Notes: generated from the sequence alone by a model not told the origin. Shown: positions 48,915 to 59,121, counted from the stretch's first letter. The stretch is 64,000 nucleotides of DNA from an uncultured delta proteobacterium (GCA_963716725.1 CAVQUB010000030.1:49690-113689), one strand, 5' to 3'. Numbers and translations: made by a program.

Positions 48915-49550
48915 ATGCGTGCCGCCCTGTGGTCGGGTCTGATCATGGCCCTTTCGTGCGGAGGCGCGCCGTTGCCACCCGAGCCAGCCCCCGAGGCTCC
49001 GGCGACGGCTCGCAGACGCGCCGACTTGGTGGATGACTGCGCGCCGGTCGCTGGCCAGCCCCCGCCTGCGCCGCTCGAGAAGAAGTACAGCGGAGTGGCC
49101 GCGAAGGCTCGCTGCCAGCGCGAGGTGTTCACCATCATGGGCGGCGTGAAGCACTTCCTCGGAGTCGAGTGCTCGTTCTGTCACGACGAGCGTGACTACG
49201 CGAAGATGACCCACCGGAAATACGTCGCCAACTGGATGGCCCGCGAGCTGATCCCATCGCTGGAAAAGGCTAAAGGCGGCGACGTCTGGTGCAACGACTG
49301 CCACATGGTGGATGGCAGAGGCACCGCCAAGATCCTGGGTCAGCCTCGCGACAGACGCTGGGCCGCGGAGTGGATGACGACTCATTTGGTCGAAGACCTT
49401 CGGGCGTCGGATCATCGCCCGCTCCGCTGCAGGTCGTGCCACCAAGGCAACCCCGGGACCCGCGAGTTCCAGAAGAAGATCATCCTGACCGACCGCCTGC
49501 CGGTGAAGCCTGCGGTCGAGCCTGCGGATGCCTCAGCGCCGGTCGACTGA
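48915..49550 (+). CDS. Triheme cytochrome c lipoprotein
   Basis: Lipobox ALSC; CSFCH, CNDCH, CRSCH, each with an upstream Met. Confidence 0.85.
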   Translation: MRAALWSGLIMALSCGGAPLPPEPAPEAPATARRRADLVDDCAPVAGQPPPAPLEKKYSGVAAKARCQREVFTIMGGVKHFLGVECSFCHDERDYAKMTHRKYVANWMARELIPSLEKAKGGDVWCNDCHMVDGRGTAKILGQPRDRRWAAEWMTTHLVEDLRASDHRPLRCRSCHQGNPGTREFQKKIILTDRLPVKPAVEPADASAPVD

Positions 49551-49552
49551 TC

Positions 49553-50164
49553 TCAGGTGCACGAGGTGTAACACGACGAGTTCGACGGGCAGGCGTCGCA
49601 GGCGTGCCAGTCGCAGGTGGTCTTGCTGCAGTACTGCCACTTCTTGGCGCCGCAGCACTGCCACTCGCTGCCATTGTTCCAGAGACACTTGGACGTCGAC
49701 GCCTTGCCACAGGTACCGAAGGTGCAACTCGAGCTGCAGGTCTTCTCGGCGCAGGGATCGGCGCAACCGGTCGTGCTCTTCTCGCCCGGGTTGCACTCTT
49801 TCTGATCTTCGCAGACCGGATCACCCCAGGTCCCGGTCGCTTTGCAGGTCCGCCGGGAGGTTCCGCACTTTTGGCAGGTCCCGACCGTCTGCTGGGCGCC
49901 GGGCGTGCACCCGGTGGAGGTACCCCCGCTCCCCGCGGCTCCGCCGCCGCCGGTCGCGCCCGCGCTTCCGCCCGAGCCTGCCGCGGCGTCCGAGCCCGCC
50001 GACCCAGCGGCTCCCGCCGCACCGGCGGCTCCCGCGGCTCCGCCGCCGCCCGAGGTGCCGCCCCCCGAAAGCGTCTCGTTGGTCGCGATGTAGTTGTCGT
50101 CGGAGCAACCGTACGCGATGCCAATCCAAACCATCGTGACCAGCGAAACCAATCCGGCTCTCAT
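49553..50164 (-). CDS. Cys-rich lipoprotein (paralog of the upstream gene)
   Basis: Lipobox AYGC, Gly/Ala linker, WQCCGAKKWQYC. Confidence 0.85.
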   Translation of the reverse strand: MRAGLVSLVTMVWIGIAYGCSDDNYIATNETLSGGGTSGGGGAAGAAGAAGAAGSAGSDAAAGSGGSAGATGGGGAAGSGGTSTGCTPGAQQTVGTCQKCGTSRRTCKATGTWGDPVCEDQKECNPGEKSTTGCADPCAEKTCSSSCTFGTCGKASTSKCLWNNGSEWQCCGAKKWQYCSKTTCDWHACDACPSNSSCYTSCT

Positions 50165-50179
50165 TGCATCACATCCACA

Positions 50180-51067
50180 TCAGCAGCCGCAGCCCGAGCA
50201 GGCTTGGCAGGGAAACCATTGGCAGCTCGAGCCGCAGAACTGCCACTTGCCAGCCCCGCAGCACTGCCAGCTGGTGCCGGCCTTGTACTCGCACTGATTG
50301 CCCGCCTTGAGGGCGCACTTGGTCGGCCACTGGCAGCTCGAGTTGCAGACCTGATGCGAACAGCTGTCGCAGCTGCCCTGTTTGGTCTGACCCGGCGCGC
50401 ATTCGCCGGTGCCGCCGCAGGTTCCCCACGAGCAGGTGCTGGTGCAGGTCTGGGTGCCGCAGTTCCCACAGTCCTTCTTCGCTCCGGGGGAGCACACGCC
50501 CTGGCCCGTGCACGCGCTCCAGCTGGGCCAAGTGCAGTCCGCCTGGCAGGTGCGCGCCTGAGTTCCACAGTCGGTGCAGGGCTGGCTCGCAGGATCGCCG
50601 GGGTTGCAGTCCTTCTGACCGCCGCAGGTCGGAGCATCCCACTGCCCGCTTGGATTGCACTTGCGCGATGCCGTGCCGCACTTCTCGCAGCTGCCCAGGT
50701 TCTGTACGGAACCCGGGGAGCACGAGCCGCCGCCGCCGGATCCGCCGCTGGGCGCTCCACCCGACGCGGCGCCTCCGCTGGCCGCTCCGCCCGATGACGT
50801 TCCGCCGCTCGGCGCTCCACCCGACGACGCACCGCCACTCGACGTTCCGCCTGAGCTGCTGCCGGCAGCGCCACTCTGGCCGGCAGCGCCAGCGCTGCCG
50901 CCCTGGACCCAGCCCCCACCGGTGCCGATGCCGGCGTAGCCGCCCGAACCCGCGGAGCCGTCTGGCGTGTCATCCTCGGGATCTTCCGCCTCTGCGCCCA
51001 CGGCGCAGGCGATCGCAGTCGCTGCGAGGCCGACCACAATGGCTGCTTTGCGCAAGAGCGGAAGCAC
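50180..51067 (-). CDS. Cys-rich lipoprotein
   Basis: Lipobox AIAC, GGxSS repeats, C.PG..CG.CG..TC..W repeats, WQCCGAGKWQFC. Confidence 0.85.
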   Translation of the reverse strand: MLPLLRKAAIVVGLAATAIACAVGAEAEDPEDDTPDGSAGSGGYAGIGTGGGWVQGGSAGAAGQSGAAGSSSGGTSSGGASSGGAPSGGTSSGGAASGGAASGGAPSGGSGGGGSCSPGSVQNLGSCEKCGTASRKCNPSGQWDAPTCGGQKDCNPGDPASQPCTDCGTQARTCQADCTWPSWSACTGQGVCSPGAKKDCGNCGTQTCTSTCSWGTCGGTGECAPGQTKQGSCDSCSHQVCNSSCQWPTKCALKAGNQCEYKAGTSWQCCGAGKWQFCGSSCQWFPCQACSGCGC

Positions 51068-51111
51068 AACCGGAGTTTAACCGGAATCGCCACCGGAGTC
51101 CCGGTTCGTCT

Positions 51112-52926
51112 TCAGTCGCCGCGAACCGGCGGCGCTGCCTGGGAGTGGGTCCGGGTGTCCATGAAGCCCTCTGCGCGGTCGAACGCCTGGGGCAGATCGT
51201 CACACATCACGACGCCAGTGGCTTTTTCCAGCTCCGCGCCATCGATCAGAGTCCGCGGTTGGGGCTGCGCGCCGACGATCAGCGCCAAGGCGTTTCTGGA
51301 GCGCAGCCGAAGTAGCGCGCTCTCGAGGTTGACGATGCCCGTCGCGTCGATCGCCGGCACGTTCGACACGTCGAAAATCACGACCTTGGACTCGCGGCCG
51401 ATCTCTCCGAAGGTTTGCATGGCCTTCTGCGCCGCCCCGAAGAACAGCGGGCCGTCGATGCGGTACAGCGTGACTCCGTTTGGCACTTCGACGCCCGCGT
51501 ACTGACCTCCGGCGCTCACGAGCTTCGCGTCGGATACCTCAGCCATGCGACGCATGAACAGGATCGCCGCGAGCATCACCCCGACGGTCACCGACACCAC
51601 CATGTCGAATACGACCGTCAGCCCGAAGCAGGTGGCCAGCACGGCGACGTCGCTCTTGGGGGCGATTCGCACCATGTGGATGACGTGTCGCGCTTCGCTC
51701 ATGTTCCAGGCGATGACCAGCAGCAGCGCTGCGAGGGATGCCATCGGCAAGTGCCCGAGGAGTGGCGCCAGCGCGAGCACGGCCGCGAGCACAAACAGGG
51801 AATGCACCACGCTGGCGATGGGCGAGCGCCCTCCGTAGCGGACATTGGTGGCGGTCCGAGCGATAGCTCCGGTGGCCGCAAAACCTCCGAAGAAGGGCAC
51901 GACCAGGTTCCCGATCCCCTGCGCCACGAGCTCGACGTCGGGGTCGTGGCGGGTGCCCGACATGCCGTCGGCGACGACGGCAGAGAGCAACGACTCGATG
52001 GCGCCCAGCATCGCGATGGCGAAGGCGGGGCCGGACAGCTCGCGGACCAATGACAACGAGAGCCCGAGGCCCTGGCCGCTCGGGCCCGGGATCTCCCAGG
52101 GCAAGATCGGCAGCGGGAGCGCCCGAGGTATGCCCGCGCGCGTCACCCCATCGGCCACATAAGTGAAGCGGCTCGCGATGGTGTCCACATGAAATCCCAG
52201 GTTCGAGTGCGCCAGCGCGTAGGCTGCGCCTGCGCCCACGGCCAACGCAACCAGAGGAGCGGGTACTTTCTGCGTCAGCTTCGGCCAGAGCACGAGTAGC
52301 GCCAAAGTCAGAGCCCCGATCAGCAGTTCTTGCCAGCGCAAGCTGGGAATGGCGCGCGCCAACGCCACCACACGTTCGGGCGTGTGCTCTGGCATGCTCC
52401 GAACCGTCAGACCGAAGAAATCCTTGAGCTGCAGGAGCGCGATGACCACGGCGATGCCCGCCGTGAATCCGCTCACCACCGGGTAGGGCACGAACTGCAT
52501 CAACCGCCCGAAGCGTGCGATGCCCATGACGATCAACAGCACCCCGGCGAGGGTGGTCGCGAGCAGGAGGCCGCCGAGCCCGTAGCGAGCCGAGATCGGG
52601 GTGAGCAGCACCACGAATGCGGCGGTTGGCCCCGAGACTTGGACCGGCGAGCCGCCGAGCAACGCGATCAGCGCGCCGCCGATGATGGCGGTGTAGAGCC
52701 CATTTTGCGGGGGCGCGCCGCTGGCGACGGCCAGCGCCATACTCAGGGGCAAGGCGACGACGCCCACCACGAGGCCCGCCAGCACGTCGGAACGAAGGTC
52801 CGCCTTGGTGTATCCGCGCCGTAGGCGCTCTCGCAGCGCCCACCCCAAGCGTAAAGGTGTGGCGAGCGGGATGGAGGACGCGACCTGCGCGACGCGGCGA
52901 AGTGGCATGTCGGGCCAGGAGCGCAT
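51112..52926 (-). CDS. SulP/SLC26 anion permease with STAS domain (DauA-like)
   Basis: DVLAGLVVGVVALPLSMALA, VSGPTAAF, GAIESLLSA, ATGAIARTATN, YRIDGPLFFGAA; AGGAG upstream. Confidence 0.92.
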   Translation of the reverse strand: MRSWPDMPLRRVAQVASSIPLATPLRLGWALRERLRRGYTKADLRSDVLAGLVVGVVALPLSMALAVASGAPPQNGLYTAIIGGALIALLGGSPVQVSGPTAAFVVLLTPISARYGLGGLLLATTLAGVLLIVMGIARFGRLMQFVPYPVVSGFTAGIAVVIALLQLKDFFGLTVRSMPEHTPERVVALARAIPSLRWQELLIGALTLALLVLWPKLTQKVPAPLVALAVGAGAAYALAHSNLGFHVDTIASRFTYVADGVTRAGIPRALPLPILPWEIPGPSGQGLGLSLSLVRELSGPAFAIAMLGAIESLLSAVVADGMSGTRHDPDVELVAQGIGNLVVPFFGGFAATGAIARTATNVRYGGRSPIASVVHSLFVLAAVLALAPLLGHLPMASLAALLLVIAWNMSEARHVIHMVRIAPKSDVAVLATCFGLTVVFDMVVSVTVGVMLAAILFMRRMAEVSDAKLVSAGGQYAGVEVPNGVTLYRIDGPLFFGAAQKAMQTFGEIGRESKVVIFDVSNVPAIDATGIVNLESALLRLRSRNALALIVGAQPQPRTLIDGAELEKATGVVMCDDLPQAFDRAEGFMDTRTHSQAAPPVRGD

Positions 52927-52984
52927 GCGCTCCTGTTTGGACCAGGTTCAATACGCCTACCCGAGCGGCATGGCAACCACGGCC

Positions 52985-53638
52985 TCACACGGGCTGGCAC
53001 CCCAGGTACTTCCCTCCGCCGCAGATGCAGTCGCATCCGGGCTTGCCCGGACACTCGTAGTCGCACTCGCAGATGCAGCTGTCGGTCACGGCCTTGCAGT
53101 CGACGCGGTCGAAGCACTCGCAGGGGCTGAGCTTCTCGCAGGGCATCGGCGCGCAGTTGGCTGACTGAACGTTCCACACGCCGCCGCTGCACTCTGCCAT
53201 GGTCTGAGGAGTGTCGTCGGCGCACAGACCGTAAGTGCAGGTGTCGTAGCCGCCGCTGCAGGGGTCGGAGTCACACGAGCTGCCCGCCTGCGGCGGTGTC
53301 GACGGGCAGGGGAGGGGCGGTGGGTGTGCGCAGCCGGGGATCATTCCCACCCACTCTCCATTCATGCACTCCGCGACCCAGGGGCCGCAGCAGTCACCCT
53401 GGTCGTACGTGCACGTCGTGCCCTTCGGCAGGGTGCAGTTCGTGCCGAAGTTGGGGAACGACGGCGGGCATTTCGCGTCGTTGCCTCCCGCGCCTCCGGA
53501 GCCGCTCGCGTTACCGGATCCTCCCGATCCGCCGGCGTTGCCGGAGCCGCCGCTCCCGGTCAGATCGGCGCTGGTCGAGCCGCCGCAAGCTGCAATGGAG
53601 AACACGGCGATGGTTGCTGCGAACATTGCACGGAACAT
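52985..53638 (-). CDS. Cys-rich lipoprotein
   Basis: Lipobox IAAC, Gly linker, two CP..P..G..C..CTY..C..G.W modules. Confidence 0.85.
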   Translation of the reverse strand: MFRAMFAATIAVFSIAACGGSTSADLTGSGGSGNAGGSGGSGNASGSGGAGGNDAKCPPSFPNFGTNCTLPKGTTCTYDQGDCCGPWVAECMNGEWVGMIPGCAHPPPLPCPSTPPQAGSSCDSDPCSGGYDTCTYGLCADDTPQTMAECSGGVWNVQSANCAPMPCEKLSPCECFDRVDCKAVTDSCICECDYECPGKPGCDCICGGGKYLGCQPV

Positions 53639-53725
53639 GGGGGCTCCAGTTCGGCACAGGCTGTGCCAGAGGCTGACCGAGTGATCCGGCGCGGACTGGG
53701 TTTCCTCGCCTTTTCGGTCCATCTC

Positions 53726-53741
53726 AGCAATGCGCGTGCCA
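53726..53741 (-). promoter_or_regulatory. Sigma54 -24/-12 promoter
   Basis: Minus strand TGGCAC-GCGCA-TTGCT, about 87 nt upstream of ATG 53638. Confidence 0.7.
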
Positions 53742-53847
53742 CGAGCGAGGCGAGCGCAAGTGCGCTCGTTTTCCGTCTCGGCGTGGCGTGCTAAGTGCCG
53801 CACCGCTCGCAAGCGCCGCGTGGCGTCGCGCGAGCAGACAGGGCGCG

Positions 53848-54856
53848 ATGAGACTGAATCGAAACTGGTGGATCGTCTTGGGCCCGGTGACGGTGCTCGC
53901 GGCCTGTGCGGCGACGCGCGAATCCGAGCCCGTCGAGCAAGAGAATCTCGCGGGTCGAAGCCGCGACGGTGCTCGCAGAGCGCTTCGAGCGGACCATTGC
54001 CTGGGGCCACGGCCCGAGCGAGCTCCGCCGCTCGGAAAAAGTCGCGCAGAGCGTCGTTTACGGCCCCAACGCCGTCGCGCTGGCCGCCGACGGCCGGACA
54101 CTGGTGCTCGACCGACTCGCCGGACGCGTGGTGTCCGTCGACGCCGCGTCACCGCTGCGCACCGTCGCGTCCGTCGCGGTGGACTCGGAGGATCTCGCGG
54201 CGGGCAGCGACGGCACGTGGCTCGCGTTCAGCCCGGTACGAGCCGAGGCCGCGGTCTTCGACGCGCAGGGCAAGAGCGTCGGGACCATCGCTGTCCCGCG
54301 AACGCTCCGCGACGCGGTCGGCTTCGACTTTGGACCGTCGCGACGGATCCGGGTGCGGACCGGCTTGCAGGAGGTCATCGAGATCGGTAGCCCGGCGGCG
54401 CCGCTGGCGCTCGACGTGGTCATGCAGAGCAAGCGCGAAGGCGCGCTTCAACTCGCCGACGGACGCGGCGTCGCGGTGCAGGCGACGAAGGCCGGGGTCT
54501 CCCTGCTCTTGCTGTCCCAGCCCGCAGGCGACGACACCCGCAGCGAGACGCAGAAGGTCATCGCACTGCCAGGAGCCGCCGCGGCCGGGCGGGTCGTCGG
54601 CGCCCACGCCAACGTGGTGTGCGTGCGCACCGAGTCGGTCAGTTCGAAGCCGGCCATCTCCGTCGGCCGCCGCGCGGTTTGTGTGAACGTCGATTCGAGC
54701 GCGGTCGTGTTCGACGAAGCGTTGCCGGCACCGGGGCTCTACGTCCCCCGCACCGACGTCGCGTTCAACGCGGGCCGCCTCGCCTACATTCGACCCACCG
54801 ACCAGGGCCTCACCGTGACCAGCGTCCAGGTGGTGGGAAAGGCGGTGACGCCATGA
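53848..54856 (+). pseudogene. Frameshifted lipoprotein, beta-propeller-like (pseudogene or sequencing error)
   Basis: MRLNRNWWIVLGPVTVLAAC in one frame, body (GPNAVALAADGRTLVLDRLAGRV...) in the next; removing one A at 53944-53945 joins them. Confidence 0.7.
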
Positions 54857-56448
54857 GCCGCCGCCTCTTCACCGCAGCCGTCTTGGGTCTCGGGCTCGCC
54901 GCGGCGACCAGCGCGTCGGCCGTCACCCGCACCGAGGTGCTGATCAAGGCCAAGGCCTTTGCGTACCACCCGTGGACCGCGACCAGCGCCAACACGACGG
55001 CGTCGTGCAAGGCGGCGTACAAGAGCATCTATTCGCCCGGAGACTTCATGGGTCTGCCCTACGACTGGGGCGGGTACATGTCCCTGTTCCAGTTCGATCA
55101 GCAGATCGCCCAGGGTTACGGCGCGGGCTCGTATCCGGAGGACGGCATCTTGAGCTGTACCTCGGGCGTCGACTGCTCGGGCTTCGTCAGCCAGATCTGG
55201 AGCGCGGGGCACACCACGACCTCCGGCGTGGACCAGATCTCCTCGACCATCAGCAAGGCTCAGATGCTGACCGGCGACATCTTCAACGACGCCGGCAACC
55301 ACATGGCCATGTTCAGCCACCTGCTTGGCAGTGGCGAGCCCGCGCTCTACGAGTCGGTGTTTTACAACGTGCACTACAGCATGCCGGGTTGGTCGTGGCT
55401 GAATGGCTACATTCCCCGCCGCTACGCGAACATCACGGGCACCACGGCGGACGACCCCTCGGGCACCACCCAGAAGCCCATCGCCATCACCAGCTTTCCT
55501 TTCGTCGACTCGCGCAACACGGCGCAGTCGTCCAGCGACGTGCTCGACGGCTGCGGGGCCGACCCCAGCACGTCGGAGTCGGGTCCCGAGTACATCTATC
55601 AGATCACGCTCACCCAGCCGGGAACGCTCACGGTGAGCGTTCAGGACGACGTGGGCGTCGACATCGACGTTCACCTCTACACGTCCATGAACACCAACGA
55701 CTGTGTGGCGCGTCACGACACCAGCTTCAGCAAGAACGTCGACTGTGGCACCTACTACGTGGTCGCCGACACGTTCTCGAAGTCGGGAACAGCGCTCAGC
55801 GGGGCCTACACGCTCACGGTCAACTTCACGCCGAGCAGTGGACAGGCCTGCGGGGCCGGGCCGAAGAAGTACGGTTTCAAGGGCGGCCCCGGCTCGGCCT
55901 GCGCCTACCCGGGAAACAAGAACTTGCCGTTCTGCAACCCGAACCTCGGCGTCGACACCTGCCTCTACACCTCGACCTCGAGCTTCTGCAGCGCCCCCTG
56001 CGTCAGCGCGGCCGACTGCGGCAGCTTCCCCGGCGGTTGCTGCAGCGACATCGGTAATGGACAGAAGTACTGCCTCGCCGCGTCCATGTGCGGCGCGCAG
56101 AAGCCCGACTCGGGCGTGGCGCCAAAGCCCGACGCCGGCGGCGATCCGGCGGACGCGAGCGCCGGCGGGGCGAGCGGCGCAGGTGGCGGCGCGGGAGCTG
56201 GCTTCGGCGGCGTAGCGGGCAGCGCGGGCAGCGCGGGCAGCGCGTCCGGCGGCTCACCGAACGTTGGAGGCGGGACGTCGAGCGGAGGTGGCCCCGTCGG
56301 CTCCGGCGGTGGTCTGGCGGCGGGCCCGGGCTCGGGCAGCGACTCGGGGTGCAGCGCCACAGGACGCGCAGCAGGGCGTTCGTGGTGGCTGCTCGCCGCA
56401 GCGATGGTCCTCGCGCTGAGGCGTCGCGGCGGGAACTCGCAACGCTGA
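54853..56448 (+). CDS. Secreted NlpC/P60-like hydrolase with PPC-like domain and MYXO-CTERM
   Basis: Signal peptide, GLPYDWGG, GVDCSGFVS, GDIF..GNHMAMF; DIDVHLY..GTYYVVAD; C-terminal SGCSA..WWLLAAAMVLALRRR; ATGA overlap with the upstream gene. Confidence 0.82.
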   Translation: MSRRLFTAAVLGLGLAAATSASAVTRTEVLIKAKAFAYHPWTATSANTTASCKAAYKSIYSPGDFMGLPYDWGGYMSLFQFDQQIAQGYGAGSYPEDGILSCTSGVDCSGFVSQIWSAGHTTTSGVDQISSTISKAQMLTGDIFNDAGNHMAMFSHLLGSGEPALYESVFYNVHYSMPGWSWLNGYIPRRYANITGTTADDPSGTTQKPIAITSFPFVDSRNTAQSSSDVLDGCGADPSTSESGPEYIYQITLTQPGTLTVSVQDDVGVDIDVHLYTSMNTNDCVARHDTSFSKNVDCGTYYVVADTFSKSGTALSGAYTLTVNFTPSSGQACGAGPKKYGFKGGPGSACAYPGNKNLPFCNPNLGVDTCLYTSTSSFCSAPCVSAADCGSFPGGCCSDIGNGQKYCLAASMCGAQKPDSGVAPKPDAGGDPADASAGGASGAGGGAGAGFGGVAGSAGSAGSASGGSPNVGGGTSSGGGPVGSGGGLAAGPGSGSDSGCSATGRAAGRSWWLLAAAMVLALRRRGGNSQR

Positions 56449-56455
56449 GCGCGCG

Positions 56456-57694
56456 TCAGCTCGCGTAGTGGATCTTCAACGTCCGGAGAATGGTCGCGAT
56501 CAGCTCCTCGACCTTCTCCGTGCGCTCGTGGCGGACGATCACGTAGCCGTCCCCCTCATAGCCATCGTTGCGTGGGGCACCGATGGTCGGCAGCTTCGCC
56601 TCCACGATCCACTCGCCCACCGCCTCGTGGGTCTCGCGCACGCCGGACACACCTACGACCCGTCCCCGGCCCAGGCCGCGCAGATAGGCGCAGCCTGCGG
56701 CATATTTGCGGTTCCAAGGCGCGTCCAGCTCTCCGTCGACGACCGCGCGGGCCCAGGCCCGATACACGTCGATGTCGTGCACCACGCCGGTCATGTGCAG
56801 GAGCTGGGCGCCGGGCGGGCGGGCCGCGATCTCGCCGATGGCCAGCGACCCATCGGCTCGTTCGAACCACTCCATATGGCTCATGCCATCCTCGAGTCCA
56901 AGGGCCTTGACCGCGGCGAATCCCAGCTCTCGTGCCCGCTCGGCGCGCGGCGTGTCGACCTCTCGCGGCAGCACCACTGCCCACTGGATCCACGGAGTTT
57001 CGAGGACCTCGAGGCAACCGGGCAGGTAGTCCGAGATGGAGAACACTCGCGGCTCTCCTCCGACGGTGATGGTCTCGAAGCTGTGCTCGCTGCCCCGCAG
57101 CATCTCTTCGGCGAGCACCGGAGAGATGCGGTTCACACCGAGCCCCCGGATCGCACGCAGCAGCTCCGCCGTAGTGGACACGCGGAACGTCGCCTTCGCG
57201 CCCATGCCTGCTGGCGGCTTCAGGATCATCGGGAACCCGACTTGCTCGGCGAAGGCGGCGGCCTGGGTCTCGGACGTGAGCAGCCGGTGCTGCGCGACGG
57301 GCAACCCTGCGGCACCCAGCGCCTCCTTCATCCGCGCCTTCTCGCGGAACAACTCGGCGGTCTCGACCGACGTCCCGGCCACGCCGTAGCGTGCGCGGGC
57401 TTGCGCGAGCGTCACCATCATCAACTCCAAGATGCCGACGATCCGGTAGGGCGCCCCGTGCCTTCTGCGGAGCACTTCGACGCCGTCGAGCACGTCCTCG
57501 AGACTCCCAGGCTCGGTCACGCGGACCAGATCGTGGTAGACCCCGGCGTCCTCACCCGTCGGAGGGGTGTGAACCACACCCAACAGGCGCACGTCGTCCA
57601 GCGACGAGACCGCTCGGACGAAGCGCATGGTCGCATCGGAGGGAAAGGGCGCGACGAAGATTACGTTGCGGGCCAAGCACTCAGGGTCGGGCAT
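56456..57694 (-). CDS. ATP-grasp domain protein
   Basis: FREKARMKEAL, VGFPMILKPPAGMGA, LAEE..GSEHS, SHMEWF, GEIAARPPG. Confidence 0.88.
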   Translation of the reverse strand: MPDPECLARNVIFVAPFPSDATMRFVRAVSSLDDVRLLGVVHTPPTGEDAGVYHDLVRVTEPGSLEDVLDGVEVLRRRHGAPYRIVGILELMMVTLAQARARYGVAGTSVETAELFREKARMKEALGAAGLPVAQHRLLTSETQAAAFAEQVGFPMILKPPAGMGAKATFRVSTTAELLRAIRGLGVNRISPVLAEEMLRGSEHSFETITVGGEPRVFSISDYLPGCLEVLETPWIQWAVVLPREVDTPRAERARELGFAAVKALGLEDGMSHMEWFERADGSLAIGEIAARPPGAQLLHMTGVVHDIDVYRAWARAVVDGELDAPWNRKYAAGCAYLRGLGRGRVVGVSGVRETHEAVGEWIVEAKLPTIGAPRNDGYEGDGYVIVRHERTEKVEELIATILRTLKIHYAS

Positions 57695-57739
57695 GGGCGG
57701 GCACGCGTCAACCCGCTCGATGCGTAGTGCGAAGCCGGC

Positions 57740-59104
57740 TCACAGCAGTACGGTGGTCGCCAGACTCAGGGTCAAGAAGAACCCGCACATGTCGGTGACC
57801 GTCGTGAGCAGGGGGCTCGAAGCCAGGGCGGGATCGACGCCGAGCCGCTTGAGGAAGAGCGGTACCGTGCTGCCGATAGTCACCGCGACCACGCTGTTGA
57901 TGGCCATCGCAGCTCCGACCACGACGCCAATCATCGGCCATTCGCCTCCGCGCATGAGCCAGGCGATGACGCCAATCAGGGAGCCGAGCACCACGCCGTT
58001 GACGACCCCGACGCCGACTTCTTTGCCGAGGGTGTGCATGACGTCGCGGGGCTTGAGCAGTCCCAAGCTCAGCTCGCGAATGCTGACGGCGACCGCCTGG
58101 TTGCCCGCGCACCCGCTCATGTCGCTCAGCATGGGGAGAAAGATCGCCAACGCGGTCACTGCCGCGATGGTCGGCTCGTAGAAGGCGACGATGGACGCGG
58201 CGAGCAAGTTGAGCAGGATGTTGGGGCACAAGAACGCCAAACGACGCACGATGCGCGTCGTGGTGGGCATGGTTCTGAGCTCGTCGCCGCCGATGATGCC
58301 GCCGAACTGAAGCAGCGCCCGGTCGGCCTTCTCCGCGTGCGCACGCTCCACGGCGGCTCGACGTACGACGCCGACCAGGACGCCGGCCGCGTCCACCACC
58401 GGGGCGGCGAAGAAGGAGTGGTGATCGAAGAAGTGCTCCACCTGATCCAGCGTGTCACTCACCACGACCCGCGCCGGGTTCGGGATCAGAATGCTGGCCA
58501 GCTGACGGTCGCCGGGGGTCATCACCAGGTCGCGCAGGCGGATCACGCCCGCCAGGACGCCATCGTCGTCGGTGACGTATACGTACTGCACGTCGTACGT
58601 GGAGTACTCTTTCGCGTTTGCTTGGAGCTCCGCCAGGAGGTTCGCGACGGTCTCGCTCCGGCGCCGTGAGAGGTACTCGGTGATCATGAGGCCGCCAGCG
58701 CTTTCGGGCGCGTGGGCCACGAGGCGCCGCACATCCGCGGCCTCGGCGGGGTCCATGCGTTCGAGGATCGCCTCGGCGTCCTTCCGATCGAGCTCGGTCA
58801 GGATGTCCGCCTGATCGTCGGAGTCCATCACGTCGACGATGGCGGCCGCGGCCTCGGGAGGCAGCACGCTGATCAAGTCCGCGGCGTGCTCGTCGAGTAG
58901 GTGCTCGAAGAGGGTCGCGGCGAGATGTGCGTGGCCTTGGGCGAGGGTCGAGAGCAGCGTGGTGCGCAGCTCGGTGTCGAGTCGGTTCACGACGTAGCCC
59001 AAGTCGTCGGGAGGCAGCGCGTCGAGGTGGGCAGCCAGCGCGTCAGGGTCGCGTGCCTCGATCACGCGCTCCAGCTCTTTGGCGGCGTCTTCATTCGTGG
59101 CCAT
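57740..59104 (-). CDS. mgtE: Magnesium transporter MgtE
   Basis: MDSDDQADIL, SAGGLM, CBS pair, FLPMLSDMSGCAGNQA, GVDPALASSPLLTTVTD; GGAGG upstream. Confidence 0.94.
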   Translation of the reverse strand: MATNEDAAKELERVIEARDPDALAAHLDALPPDDLGYVVNRLDTELRTTLLSTLAQGHAHLAATLFEHLLDEHAADLISVLPPEAAAAIVDVMDSDDQADILTELDRKDAEAILERMDPAEAADVRRLVAHAPESAGGLMITEYLSRRRSETVANLLAELQANAKEYSTYDVQYVYVTDDDGVLAGVIRLRDLVMTPGDRQLASILIPNPARVVVSDTLDQVEHFFDHHSFFAAPVVDAAGVLVGVVRRAAVERAHAEKADRALLQFGGIIGGDELRTMPTTTRIVRRLAFLCPNILLNLLAASIVAFYEPTIAAVTALAIFLPMLSDMSGCAGNQAVAVSIRELSLGLLKPRDVMHTLGKEVGVGVVNGVVLGSLIGVIAWLMRGGEWPMIGVVVGAAMAINSVVAVTIGSTVPLFLKRLGVDPALASSPLLTTVTDMCGFFLTLSLATTVLL

Positions 59105-59121
59105 GGACCGTGCCTCCGGGT

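Noticed and set aside
56456..57694. ATP-grasp protein as a graspetide maturase
   Set aside because: No precursor nearby and the sequence resembles carboxylate-amine ligase types rather than RimK-like enzymes.
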